A stretch of DNA of 64,000 nucleotides from the NCBI GenBank assembly GCA_964016885.1, contig OZ024740.1, positions 92,380,001 through 92,444,000 on the forward strand. The letters run 5' to 3'. A program made the translations under genes and the position numbers. Positions within the stretch are counted from its first letter, which is position 1, and each line of letters begins with the position of its first letter. Positions 27,430 through 39,908 of the stretch are shown one piece after another. Source of the stretch: Eledone cirrhosa. Taxonomy: Eukaryota. The notes beneath the pieces were generated by a model that saw nothing but the letters and a program-made list of their open reading frames with translations, was not told where the DNA came from and did not search any database.

Positions 27430-27760
27430 ATCGTCGAACACAATGATTTGCAATATAGAGTTACATCCCTTTACGTTGTTAATTCAAATCGCGCTGAGGA
27501 TAGCTTTGCCTATTATCCCTACGGGGTCGATACATAAAGTACCAGTCACGCACTGGGACGATTTAATCAACTTTCCTTTCCCCCACAATAGCTTGATTTG
27601 TGCCTGTATATGAAACCATACTATGTAGATCGTCGAAGAAAATGATTTACGCACTAAAGTTACATCCGTTTATGGTGTTAGTTCAAATCTCGCTGAGGAT
27701 AGCTTTGCCTTTCATCCTTACGGGGTCGATAAAATAAATACCAGCCACGCATTGTCCCCC
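27430..27760 (+). mobile_element. Two tandem Nin/Deu-core SINE copies
   Basis: TTCAAATC.CGCTGAGGATAGCTTTGCCT..ATCC.TACGGGGTCGATA occurs twice (~27483-27545 and ~27683-27745). Confidence 0.8.
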
Positions 27761-27779
27761 CCCCCACCCCGAATACATT

Positions 27780-28085
27780 TGCTAATAGGTGAGTGAAAGT
27801 CTTAAGAGTGACCCGTGTGAGTAGGCTTACTCTGATCATTTGCCTGTAGGCTGGAGGAGAGGAGTGCCCTTCCCGAGTGCCCTCGAAGAGTAATTTGGTT
27901 CAGGCTTGGTGGGGTACCTGAGTCAACACAGGGTGACTATTCCCCCGTATTGGGGAATTCTTATCGTCGGATTTTGTTTTTTTATTTTGTTATAGTTACT
28001 TATATGTTTTAAACGTTTTATATGTAAACCCCCACTATCCCTGTATTGTCACCTATATCTTGGCCCTTGTGGTCAATAAATGAAA
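27780..28085 (+). mobile_element. Tx1-like LINE 3'-end fragment
   Basis: Matches the ORF2 end and 3' UTR of the other copies (..GCCTGTAG..GTGCCCTTCCCG..CCCTTGTGGTCAATAAA). Confidence 0.75.
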
Positions 28086-28089
28086 CTAT

Positions 28090-30963
28090 GGTCTCTGGTT
28101 GTTTTTTACATACACGGCATAATGTGTTGCATCCATTTTATAATATGTTGGCTTGGTAATTTTTTGTTGGCAGACACTGATCTTTTGCTGATATAATAAG
28201 TCCTTCAGTCTCCGATTTCAGTCCAGAGGATGCCAACCACTGAATGGTTAAAGTTTTGTCAACATCAGGATTGTTAGCTCTTTCTGAGTATTTTCCATAC
28301 ATAGACTTTTCTTGTCATTTCTCATCCAGTTTCTGTAGCAGATCTTTCTTTGCAGATACTTTTACCTGCTTTGCTTTTTCTGTGTTTTTCATTTCAGCAA
28401 TAAATGCAACTTCTGAAATGTGTAGTCCATTACTGTATATGTGTGCATGTTTTGTAATGGAGTATGATCTTTTGATGCTTTCGATTTCAAAACGAGTTTG
28501 ATCATCCAATCATGTGATTCCCTTAGATATGTAGATAATCTAATTGCTGCAGTTTTCAACGCAATATATAACTGGATTAACCCACGTCCTCCTTCTTTCC
28601 TAGGGAGATACATTCTATCTGCCTTAGGGTGATGCATTCTGTGCATGATTAAGAACGTTCTAATTTTTATATCGAGCCTACGGATCTCTGTGCTTGACCA
28701 GTTGATGACATTGTAACTGTAAGTTACTACTGGTATGGTAAGCGTGTTTATGGCAACGACCCTATTCCTTGCATTAAATTCCGTTCTTAAGACTGCTCTT
28801 ACTCTGCGGTAACATTTCTTCCTTATCCTTTCCCTCATTGTCGAGTGCTTGATTCCGTCTCCTTCACAAACACCTAGATATGTGTAAGTTTCCTCTTGAT
28901 CAAATTCTCTTATCTCATTCCCCCGATCAAGAATAATGTCTGAACTTTTCAGCAGCTTTCCTCTGGTGAACGTTGCTTTGGCGCATTTATCTAGTCCAAA
29001 CTCGATATTAATGTCATCACTGAACTGCTTCACTGTGGATAATAGCCCATGAAATTGTTCATCATAGTTTGCAAATAGTTTCACGTCATCCAAGTAGAAC
29101 AAGTGATTAATGGTTTTGTCATAGACTTTATATCCATGTTTTGTTTCATTGAGCATGTTGCTTAATGGTATAAGTGCGATGCAGAATAAAAGCGGTTGTA
29201 AAGAGCCACCCTGAAATATTTCAAAATTAATATTAACTTCTCCAGCTTCCAGTGATTTTTTTTTTCACTGTACAAAAGGAGTGTCGTTTTCCATGTCTTC
29301 ATACTGAATGACAGGAACCTCCTGACAACAGGTGACATTTTGAAAATCTCTAAACATTCTTCAATCCGACTTTGTGGCAAACTATCGAATGCTTTTTTAT
29401 AATCTATCCAAGCAATTGATAGATGTTTGTGTCTATTCTGACAATCTTCCAGTATCATTTTGTTAACCAAAAACTGATCTTTACAGCCAAAATGAGCCTC
29501 GTTTACACCCTTTCTGCTCATTTGGGAAATATATCATTTGTTATCAGGTGGTCATATGTATATTCAGTTAGGACTGATGTTAACATCTTATACATTGTGG
29601 TCAAGCAAGTTATCGGTCTGTAATTTTTGGGATTGTTTGTCTCATCATTCTTCGGAAGTGGGAATATGATGCCGTTAAATAGCCATGATGGTATCTTTTC
29701 TGGCTCCTTAACAATTTCATTGTAAAGTTGGGCTAACATCTCATGAGACCTGTGAAGGCAATTATCCAACAATTTGGTATTTTGTCTTTTCCTGTGGATT
29801 TCCATTTACTGTTTTTTTCTAAGAGACACATGCAACTGTTAAACTGTTATATTTTCCAATGTTTGTTCCTCAAGGTGAGCTGTATCTTTCATTTGTCTGT
29901 CTCTACATGAGGCATGTATATTATGAAATTTTTCTTCGGCCCAGATCTTTTCCCAGAATTCTAGCAGTTCCTCCTTGGGTGGTATTGATTTAGCAGTTAT
30001 TGTTGACTTGCCAATTTTTCTGTAGAAGTTTCTTTGGTTGTTTTTGAACATATTATTGTCCTTATAGAATCTAGATCGTTTTTCAAAGCGCCTTATACGA
30101 TCAACTTTGGCCGACACTTTTTGCTTGATTATTTCTATCAGCATGTCTATGTCCCTTGTTGATGTTATACTGTATATTCATTTGAATTTTCTAAGTTTAG
30201 TTTGTTTGACAGATCGGAGAAGGTTTATTTGGCGATTGATGTTCTCTTGCCAAGTAGATTTTTTTGTGGGAAGTCCTTTATTTATTCATGTTCACTCCAC
30301 ACAATTGAGTGGTGACTTTAGCCGGTGCAAAATAGAGATGATTTAGATCAGTAATATTTAGTTTGTTTGTGATGATAATGCTTTTGAGAATTATGTTAGT
30401 CTTGTGTATTATCTTTTGGTTCTGCTTGGAGTTCTGCATCGTAGGGAGAGTGTCTCGTTCCCCTATTTCAGATTCTTTCATTTTCATGCATTCGATCCTA
30501 ATTTCATCCTTCAAGTTGGCAAGTTCATTCCCATTCATTTCTTCATCCTTTATGATCTGATTGTTTTCATTTTGAGTTGCATCTTGATCATTCACTCCCT
30601 CCACTTTTTCGATTCTTTCTATAATTTGATCTGCTGACAGTGATTCCGCCCCAACCCTGGGATGCGAAGTGTTACAACTTACCTCGTTTTCACTGACACA
30701 TGTTTCATTTTCCCTTCGCTGACCCTGTGCTAAAAGCTTGATCTGATCAATTTCTATATCAGTTAGTAACTTTTTTTTAACAATATTTCTTCGTATATTG
30801 GCTAGTTTGTTACTGTCAATATAGCCTCTGTTTTCGGGATGTTTCTATTTCCAGTTGATATATGTCTGTTCGGTACTCGATCTATTTGATGGGTAGTAAA
30901 TGGCAGTGTAGAAAGCCTCAAGGACTTCTTTATTGTCTTTCCTTGACCATTTTTCTTTGGATT
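28090..30963 (-). mobile_element. R4/Dong-clade non-LTR retrotransposon (family D-B), degraded, both ends missing
   Basis: Frameshifted ORFs with NYRPITCL, WIDYKKAFDS, INHLFYLDDVKLF, EFGLDKC and EGGRGLI; the N-terminal region is nearly colinear with 43930-44915. Confidence 0.85.
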
Positions 30964-30999
30964 AAACGCCGAAAGATGTGTGCGGTAAATAAGGAAAGC

Positions 31000-32824
31000 C
31001 ATTTCATTTGTCTGACATTATGAAGAATAGCAGCAGCAGCAGTAATAACAGCAGCAGCAGCAACATTGGCAAGGAAAATATTAGTAGCAGCGGCAACAAC
31101 ATCAGCAGAAGCATAACAACAACAGCAACAGCAGCACACCAACAACAATATTAGCAGCAGCAACAACACCAACAACCACATCAACAGCGGCGGCAGCCGT
31201 TGTAGTAACAACAGCAACAACAAAAGTAACAGCAGCTTTGACGACAAAAACAACAACAAGAAGAAAGAAAAACCAATCTCATTTGCAGGTATCACAAAGT
31301 ACCTGGAAACCATCCTTATAACAAATGAGGAAATACCGGAAGCAAAGAAGATGGTGACGATAAATCGGACACCGAGCAATTTGCAAGGCAGCGGAACACT
31401 TTTTTCGAAAGCCAACAGCACTGTACAGTCACGTACCGTACAGTAAGCACAAAATCATGTCGGGTTGAAAGAGCCAAACACGCTCAAATACAAAAAGCTT
31501 TAGGGTCTGTATGGCAGCGGAAAACGCATATTAGCCGAGGCAAAAATATGCCACCGTGGACGTGATTTTTGCCACACCCCAGGAGGCAAAGGCTCAAACC
31601 TTGGTGACCCTAAGGAGGGAGGAAATGTTGTTGGTGCCCTCCTACTAACGGCAAAAAATTGTGAGGGTCAAACTGACCCAAGTCCCCACCACCCACCTAG
31701 ATGGCCCCTTCTTGGCTGCCGCGTCGGTCCTCAACGGAATCGAGGACCAAACAAACGTACTGCAAGTACAGAAAAAAGTAAGAGAAAATTGGGTCGGCGC
31801 CTCCATTGAGATGCTAATTCAAACCAACCACGAATGCATCGAAGCTATCCCGGATGTGATAGACTTCGATAACGGCACTCAACTTCCCATAAGTGTTGAG
31901 GGAAAACGCCTGAAATGCTTTCGCTGTGAGTCGAAGACTCACCTCACGGCCTTCTGCAATGAGAAGACCCTGAGAAAGGAGAGAATCCCCCTCCTTCCAA
32001 AACCGGCTCCAATGCTACCAGCAAAAGGACAGGCGGCAAGCAGGAAGGATAGGTCCGTGGCACCAATACCCACACCACGGAACAACAACAACAGTAATAC
32101 CAACTGCAGCTGCAACAGAAAATCCACAGCAACCATCACCAACAAGAACAAGTGAAAGAGTGGAGCTGGTACCCCTCCCCGACCTCACAGAATCGGACAT
32201 GGAGTGTGGGGTGGTAGAGGGATGGCAAAAGGTTGCAAGAAGGCACAAACGCAGAAGCAGCGCATCGTCGCCTTAGAAAATAGAGGGAAGAAATGAAAAA
32301 AGGGTAAAGGCAACTGCAAAGAGGCTTACAGCAGCAACACCACCAACACCATCACCACCCACACTAGCACTACCATCACCACCGGCGGCAACCCCACCGC
32401 CAAAATGAAAAACACCTTCAACACCACAAGCACAAGCACAAACATCGCAAACACAACAACAAAACACACACATCCAGCAACAACGACAAGAAAATAGCAG
32501 AACCACGCCCCACCCCCAGCAAAAGAAATGCACAGCAATACATACACACAACAACAAACTAATGACTTAATTGAACTAATGACATAATTGAACACACAGA
32601 CATTTCCAGCACCAATAATACCAGCACCAATCAAAACACCAACGAACATAAGCCTGCTAAGAATATCACAGAAACAATACACAAACATCAAAATGAAATT
32701 CCCAAACGCTGTTGGTGATTTCAGAGACCTAGGAGGGACACTCAATCGGAGAGTATATTCGGATATACTCACAGAAGAGCCGAAGGGACGATTCAACTGT
32801 CCCTTTACCAGACAATCAAGGTAA
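31000..32824 (+). pseudogene. T1 ORF1 (gag-like, CCHC knuckle, low-complexity linkers), disrupted
   Basis: ORFs 31661-32155 and 32588-32824; homologous to 38482-39267 and 39412-39870. Confidence 0.75.
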
Positions 32825-32860
32825 GTGATCCTTTCTCACTTTCCCCGTTCCTCACCCAAC

Positions 32861-35800
32861 ATGTACTCAGAAGAGGCAGTATAAATGCACGTGGCCTGGG
32901 GTAATCTTGGAAACAGGGTCACCTGCTAAACGACCTCAGCTCACTAAACATAGATGTGGTGGCCATCAGTGAGACCAGAATCTCCGAAGCACAAACCTTT
33001 GAACCGATCTTTGGCGGCTACGATGTATACGCATCTTCTAGCCTTCCCGGATCGTGGGGAGGGGTTGCCATCCTTTTTTGGAGAGGCTTGGTTGGATCTC
33101 GTCATACGGGCCATCTTCCTAGACCCAGAAGGTAAGTCGGTGGTGCTGGACATGACCGGCAGCGAAGGCACTGCTTTCAGGCTAGTAGCAGTCTACACCC
33201 CAACAGGGGCAGGACGGCCAGATTTCTTCAGACGTCTAGAGACCTTTCTTGGATCGTCCCGCTCTTTAATGTTATTGGGCGACTGGAACCATATCTTGGA
33301 TGCACGTTGGGATTGCGTGGGGCTAGTGGATAGGGGAGGAGGGTGCAAGAGCCTCACCAACATGCTCAGACGTTTTGAACTGTCTGACAGGTATCGACTG
33401 GATCACCCGAATTTGCCAATGTGGACATGGACAAACCGCATCGGCTCATCCAGATCGTATCTAGATAGGGTATTCTGCAGAGAACTAGATAAGGCTAGTA
33501 TAAGTTGTCCACAAGTGAAAATAGTCGACTAGACAGACAACAAATTTGTGATCTGTGTGATCGACATAGACAGACTTGATAGACAAGGGCCCGGTTACTG
33601 GAAGCTCAGCGCGTCTTATCCGGCGCGCAAAGCCTACAGAGACCGGAGTAGCGTATTAGTTAAGCGAGCGTTGACGGGAGGCGGTCGTATACAACAGGTG
33701 GTAGTTCGCCCTGAAAAGGGAAATTAAAGTAGAGTCGATTAGGTTTAGCAAAGGAGTAGTGATACAGAAAAATAGATTAGAGGGAGAGCTAGTGAGAAAG
33801 CTAGAAGAAGCGTTTAGGACAGGCATCGCAACCGACGTGCTTGCGGCGAGATTGGCATTCGACCAATTCTTCCACGCAAAACACGAAGGCTGCGTTGTCA
33901 GTGCTAGAGCGCGTGCTCTGAATCACGAGAGGACAAAAGCCGTCCAATAGGCCCGGGTGGCAGAGGCGCGACGTGGCAACAAAGCCACAATTCGGTGTTT
34001 CTCTGATCAAAACGGGCGCGTGTTGCTTGAACCCGAGCAGATGTGTGAAGCTATTCAGCAGCACTTTGCTGAACTGTTCGGTAGCAGCGGCGGGCCGGTT
34101 CGGGGTATGGACTTCAGTGCACACCTCGATGGACTGCCTCGCCTCTCGACGACCGCAGCACAGTGTTGCGAAAAGCCAATAACAGCCAGTGAAATACAGG
34201 AAGCGACGGCTAGCCTCACGAGGGGTAAATCGCCAGGTTTCGATGGTCTGCCTTACGAGCTTTATGCATTTATACCAGACTTGTTCGGTGACCTCTTAGC
34301 AGACTTCTACTGCAACTGACATCAGAACGGGAGAATTGCTAGTTTTGTGAGCAGGAGAGTGGTGGCGTTGCTGATAAAAGACCCGAACAAGGGGGATGTT
34401 ATCGATAACTTCAGGCCCATAACTCTGCTAAACGCAGAGTTCAAGATTTCGGCCAAGGTGTCAGCAACGAGGTTGGCGCTTGTCGTCAAGTGTCTAGTGG
34501 GAGAGGCACAGACATGCGACATTCCGGACAGATCCATACACGACAACTTCCACCACATGCGATACATCATAGAGAGGCTTGTTAAGGAACCTGGCACAGG
34601 TGAGGCCCTGATCAACATGGATCAATCCAAATCATTCGATAGGGTCGACCATCGGTACCTGGCGGCGGTCCTCGACGCAGCCGGTTTCGGGCCCGTTTTC
34701 AGGGGTTCGATCGCTGCAATGTACAGCGACATCTGCTCAGTTGTGAGGGTGAACGGTCACCTGTTACAGCCGTTCAGCATCATGCGCTCGGTCCGCCAGG
34801 GTTGTCCCCTCACGTCGCTATTGTACATATTGGCTCCCGAGCCGTTACTGCACAAACTGGGGGCGATGAGGGGCGTCCCACGCGAACTAGGATGCGGGAA
34901 ATCCGAGTCGGCTTACGCCGACAACGTCACCATGGTGGTTTGGAGCACCAGACACGTTCAGATGCTCGGCACTGCTCTCAAGGAATAAGAAGCGGTGACA
35001 GGAGCAAAGATAAACCAGGAAAAGTTGGTGGGCTTGCAGTTCGGCACCTGGAGCGGCAAGTCCATGCCGTCCGACAGCGTCGTGGGGCGTTGGACGGACG
35101 GACCGGTCAAATTGCTCGGGATCTTGTTCGGAACGGACCTTCACATGGAGAAAATCTGAAACGAGGTGACGAGCAAGGTGGCCAACCTCACCCAGAAATG
35201 GGCCGAGAGGAAACTGTTCCTGAAAGGCCGGGCGGAGGAGGCGAATGCGTACATCGCATCCGTCATCTGCTACCGCCTCACCGTCGTCCTTTGCCCCGGC
35301 CCAACTCTCACCAAAATGGAGAGCTTCCTCTTCCGCTTTGTGTGGAAGGGACGCGCTCCCATGGTGAGACGATCCATCTGCTGTCAACGCGTGTTGCGTA
35401 TAGGACTGGACATGCCATGGTTGATGATGCGCAAACATGTGTGGTCGACGTTCGTCAGGCACGTTTTCCCACAGCATGTCTCCTTGACGAAGCTGCAGTC
35501 CTGGGTCAGAAAAAGACCAAGGGATAGCGCTTGGAAACTGGAATGTCTCCAGGCGCTAACAGCCCTCTGCCAGCTGGGCACCAGTATCGGTGGACATCCA
35601 CCTGCGCATTCTAGAGAGGACTAGTGGAGGGGAAGAGCGACGACGTTCTCGGAGTGATCCTGGGCTTCGAAGAAGATCAGCTGTTTGCTTCCTTCCGGAG
35701 AACTTTCAGCCCTGGGCCTATGGATAACTTCCAAAAATCTCTGGCCTGGCAGCTCTACCGGGGAGCGTTTCCGGTTTGAGATAAGTTCTACAAGCACGTA

Positions 35801-36205
35801 AGTGCCGTCAGCCGAGCCTGACCGATATGCACGCAGAGTGACGAAACCGTCGTGCACGCACTCGTTCAGTGCCCGAACAGTTGCTGTCGCATGTAGGACT
35901 GATCCGGTTATCGACTGTGTCCATTGTGCAGATGGTTTCGCCGTCTTCCTTCGAGGGGGAAGGGAAGGCCGTTTTCATCTGCTTGGTGGCCATGGCGAAA
36001 GAGATTGTGTGGTGGACAAGGTTAAAAGGGTGAAAGAAAGATACTTTCCTCTTCGGCGAATCCCTAATTAACTTTTTAAAGTTTCACTTGAAAAGAAAAT
36101 CAGGGTGGAGAGGCAAGTGCTGCCTTCTAGCAAGTTTGTTGAAAGGTGGGTGAATGTAGCGAGATGGTCCGAGTGAACCGGACCGCTCTGAATATGCGCC
36201 TGTAG
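32861..36205 (+). pseudogene. T1 ORF2 (APE endonuclease + RT), disrupted
   Basis: ORFs 32954-33532, 33957-34319, 34347-34988 and 35166-35624. Confidence 0.88.
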
Positions 36206-36513
36206 TTTATGAAATGGAAACATTGAGAGAGGGCACTTGCCCTGGTGGTCAGTGTGGCCATGGTCTCTTGTATGGTTTTGGCCACGAGTAACACTCGGAG
36301 GTTTCCCTCCTATTGGGGAATGTTTCATTGTTTCAATATTCATTGTTATTCTTTATATATATATATATATAAGTTTCTATGTCTTTTTTTTTCCTTTTTT
36401 ATATAAGTAATAAAAATCTCTACACGCACAAAACCCACACCGTACCTTCCTGTACCGTCCTGTCCCGTCTGTAATGTTTTTCTTAATATCAGCTCTTGTG
36501 GCAAATAAAGAAA

Positions 36514-36548
<35 letters not shown>

Positions 36549-36550
36549 GT

Positions 36551-37285
36551 TGTTATTCCTTGAATCTCAGTCATTGATGTTGGTTAACTGGAAAGTCCGT
36601 TGGATTGAATATCAAGCCACTACCTGCAGCCTCAGATATTCAGGACGTATCGGAGGGTTCTTGGTGTTCCAAGCAAGCATGCCTTTTGAAGCGTTCCAAA
36701 AAGCGTGAAGGGGCCGATTTTCTTTAACCATCCCTGGAAACTTTTGGAGATAGTTCCCAGTGCGCCTATGACAATCGGGATCACTTTGACTTCATTGCAG
36801 TTCCAAATCCTTTTCACCTCCCACTTTAGGTCCTGGTATCGGTTAATTTTCTCCCTCTCCTTCTCTTGCACTCTAGTGTCGAACGGGCAGGCCACATCCA
36901 CAATCAGACACGATATTTTTTCTTTGTCCACAACCACCAGGTCAGGTCTATTGTGTTCCAGTTTTTTGTCCGTCTGTATCCTAAAATCCCACAGCACCTT
37001 CACCTGATTGTTCTCCATCACCGCCTCTGGCCTATGCTCATACCATTTCTCAGAATGTGGTAAATTGTTTACTTTGCACAGTTGCCAGTGGATCACCCTG
37101 CCCATCACATCGTGTCTCCAGCCCTTATAGTGGGTCTGGGCTAGGTGTTTACACTCGGACACAATGTGAGCCACAGTCTCCTCTCTCTCTCCACAGATCC
37201 TGCACAGTGGGCTAGCCTCCTCCTTGTAGATATGGTGCTTCAACCACTTCGTTTTGAGGGCCTGCTCCTGCGCAGCCATTAGCAT
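36551..37285 (-). mobile_element. 5'-truncated R4/Dong element (family D-A): CCHC + restriction-like endonuclease
   Basis: CRICGEREETVAHIVSEC, RHD, NRPDLVVVD..IVDVACP..KINRYQDL; 3' end abuts (TAA)n; nearly identical to 46459-47190. Confidence 0.92.
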
Positions 37286-37671
37286 GCTACTGCTAAAAAA
37301 GAGGAAGGCATCAAAATATATAGATAGACTCAAAAGAAAAAAGAAAAAACAAACAACAAAACCAAAGCAGCACAGCAACAACAGCAGGAAACGAGAAAAA
37401 CAAACAGAGAAAAAAAAAAAAAAAAAAAAAAACGTAAAGAAAATAAGAATGAAGAGAGAAGCAGGCGGACGGACAGAGAAGAGGGAGGAAAAACTAAAAC
37501 TTAAAAAACAAAAACTAAGTCAGACATTCGAACACTACATTACAATGAAACTTATGCTTATTCATTTTTGGGGCCCTTTCTGCCTGTGTGTTTGTTTGTT
37601 TATGTGTGTTCGTATACAACGTGGTGATAATGCCACACAAGGGCCAAGTGGAATGGCGGATCCACAGATGG

Positions 37672-37713
<42 letters not shown>

Positions 37714-37950
37714 ATTATTATTATTTTATTAATGGCGCGCTACGTAGGAAATAGTATCATCGTAAGCTCCGCAAAGGTTTGTTGTTTTCAGTTATTACAA
37801 ATTGCTATTTATGGAAAATTTTGGTTGTTAAGTGTTTATAAGGTCACAACATTTGCTTTCGGAAAAGACACACAAAATGATTGGAGCCTTCACTCCAAAT
37901 TTTAAACTTTTATAATTATAAAAAAAAAAAAAATGTTCTTTGAAAAAATC

Positions 37951-39870
37951 ATGGTCGATCACAGATACACCAAGCAGCTGAAAGACTTCCTCACAAACTA
38001 CCACCTCACACCAACACCACCATTGTAAATATGACTACGTTTGCCAACACTAAAAATATAAGCAGTAGAAATAATTTAAATTTGTCTCATGCAGGCATTC
38101 ATATCCTGCCATTACCAACGACTGCAGGTGTTGAAGCCGCCCCCTCCCCTCACAACCACAGCGACAACAGACATAAAATAAAAAAAATAAATTATCTCGT
38201 GACATCGAAATGGATTCACCCAAAATCGACTCTTCCACACCGAACACCACTGACGCCATCACTACCACAATTAAAACTAAAAATAACAATAACAAAAATA
38301 ACTATAACAACAACAGCAACTGCAACAATGACAATAAAAACAAAACCACCCTTTCTTTCGCCAAAGCGACCAAAAAATGCGAAGCAATCCAGGTAACCCA
38401 GGAGGAATTAGATGAAACCAAGAGAATGGTAAAGAAAGATGGGTACAGTGTCAGCCTCACACCTTCCTCCTACTAAATAAAATGGAGCATCGGCCACTAT
38501 GCACCGTGTCTTATCGGACGATTAACATAAAGTCGCGCCGAGTGGAACGGGTATCCGAGTCCCAAATACAAACATTTTGCGACATGTGTGGGCGAAAAAA
38601 ACCCCACATCAGACTTGGACAGAAATATGGAACCGTGGACGTGTTCTTTGGAACAACACAGGGGGCCAGAGAACACTCCATCGCCCCATTGAGAAGTGAC
38701 GACTTCACAATCGTCCAAAGCTATTGTGGCCAGAGACTCGTGAATATCAAGGTGACCCACGTTCCACCGGCCATCGAAATTCCGTTTCTAATGGCTGCCG
38801 TCCTCGCCGCCATCGAGGCCAAAACCAAGATGATCGAAATAGCAAAAGAAAAGCAGGAGAACTGGTCCGGAACTGGGATGGAGCTCCTGATCCAAGCGGA
38901 CGAAAAAAGCATTGAGGAGATCCCAGAGGTAATAGACCTCACTGACGGCAGCCAACTCACCGTAATTGTCGAGGGTAGAAGGCCTAGGTGTGTCGTTTGT
39001 GGTGAAGGAACCCACCTTAGTGCTGTCTGCCCAGTGACTCAACCATCAACACCCCCAGCAGCAGAAATGGCAGCAACAACTGTAGCAGCAACAACAGAAG
39101 AAACTGTAACTGCAACAACCCCAGCAACAGTAGCAAATCCAATACCACCAACACCCAACGTGCCTGAACTAGCACCAGCGCCTACACCATCCACCACACC
39201 ACAACCAAAACCAACGCCTGTGGAGATTTTCCACTCCCCGACCTATCGCAAATGGAGACAGATTTGACGACGAGGACGGAAAACTGTATCAGGAAAAAAT
39301 AAAGAAAAGAAAAAGAAGCCAAAATAGAAAAAAATCCTCTCCCTTCCCCCTCCAAAAACATAATACAGAGGGAAACAAATAAACTGTCAAACAAAAAAAG
39401 TTAGGACAGCTATGCCACCATCCACACCAGCATCACCAGCCCCATCACGACAAACACCAACAACATCACCATCATTAAACATAACACCACTATCACCAAC
39501 AGCACAAAAGTCACCAAAAAGCGAAACAGAATCAAACCCACAACAAACACAAACAAAACAAAACAACCAAAACGATAAACACTGCACAGCATTACATGTG
39601 AACAACAACCAGTTATTACACTACATGCAACACAACACTTGCATCACAGAAAAAGACTACACAACACTCCAAAAGTTCACACCACCTCCACACGTAGAGA
39701 TCACTCGCATCACACAGAAAACGTACACGACACTAAAACAAAAGTTCCCAAAAGACATCGGAGACTTCCGACAAGCACTCGCCAGAAGGATTTATAAGGA
39801 TATCCTTCCTGATGAGGCCACAAGTAGTGAAAAGAATGGAGAAACCATCCTTCTTTTTACGAGAAGTAAG
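37951..39870 (+). pseudogene. T2 ORF1, disrupted
   Basis: ORFs 38210-38476, 38482-39267 and 39412-39912. Confidence 0.75.
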
Positions 39871-39908
39871 GAAAGTGGTCTCTTCCATCTTTTCCACTCC
39901 ATTTCAAC

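Larger units (their letters stand above)
30965..36515 (+). mobile_element. Tx1/L1-clade LINE copy T1, near full length, degraded
   Basis: ORF1 remnants with zinc knuckle CFRCESKTHLTAFC; ORF2 from ATG 32861 with APE (LLGDWN..LD), RT (NFRPITLLNAEFKI, DQSKSFDRVDH, RQGCPL, AYADNV) and a C-terminal Cys/His motif; 3' end AATAAAGAAATC followed by (ATT)n. Confidence 0.9.

Noticed and set aside
34802-35527. Long alternative-frame and antisense ORFs over Tx1 ORF2
   Set aside because: Expected by-product of GC-rich coding sequence; not preserved in the other copies.
37560-37672. Two small hairpins (GTGG..CCAC, GTGGA..TCCAC) before (ATT)n
   Set aside because: Short stems with no second copy or family assignment; chance cannot be excluded.
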